In this document: positions 63,943 through 64,000 of the stretch, in pieces
How positions within the stretch are numbered: the stretch's first letter is position 1
Layout of the letters: each line of letters starts with the position of its first letter
DNA from: Octopus vulgaris
Taxonomy: Eukaryota
Assembly (NCBI GenBank): GCA_951406725.2
Contig: OX597815.1
Span: 168,578,001-168,642,000, forward strand
Direction: 5' to 3'
DNA: 64,000 bases
Notes under the pieces: generated by a model
Told to the model about the DNA's origin: nothing
The model's database searches: none
The model's input: the letters and a program-made list of their open reading frames with translations, nothing else
Made by a program: the position numbers and the translations under genes

Positions 63943-64000
63943 CTAAGAAAAAGATGGAAGATGATGATGAAGAAGAGGATGAGATGTATGATCCTGCCGA
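63943..64000 (+). CDS. Start of the next coding exon (acidic: AKKKMEDDDEEEDEMYDPA)
   Basis: TTGACATTTGCAG| acceptor at 63942. The phase-1 junction G+CT gives Ala and an open frame to the window end. Confidence 0.75.

Overview
AT-rich, repeat-dense eukaryotic (animal) genomic DNA. The SINE, LINE and microsatellite repertoire strongly suggests an octopus (inference from remembered repeat families, not from a search). Two host genes flank about 47 kb of mostly repeat-derived sequence and point away from each other. (1) The first coding exon of a SAPCD2-like gene lies on the minus strand at 1-356; it runs off the window edge and is absent from the ORF track. (2) A plus-strand gene has a non-coding first exon near 47.7 kb and three phase-compatible coding exons (57302-58027, 62558-62705, 63943-end). 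It encodes a Gly/Met-rich low-complexity nuclear protein resembling Drosophila Pep (AKAP95/ZNF326-type). The rest is decayed mariner/Tc1, RTE and CR1/L2 elements, several tRNA-derived SINE families, piggyBac-, hAT- and Ginger-like MITEs and microsatellites. Almost all ORFs in the track are spurious or transposon remnants. I found no convincing multi-gene novel system. The best leads are a near-perfect double-hairpin TGT..ACA element with a 4-bp TSD, variant Penelope-type minimal hammerhead motifs, a composite duplication that ends exactly at a piggyBac-MITE end, candidate poison/micro-exons in a repeat-free intron, and an orphan promoter with a first exon at about 32.5 kb.
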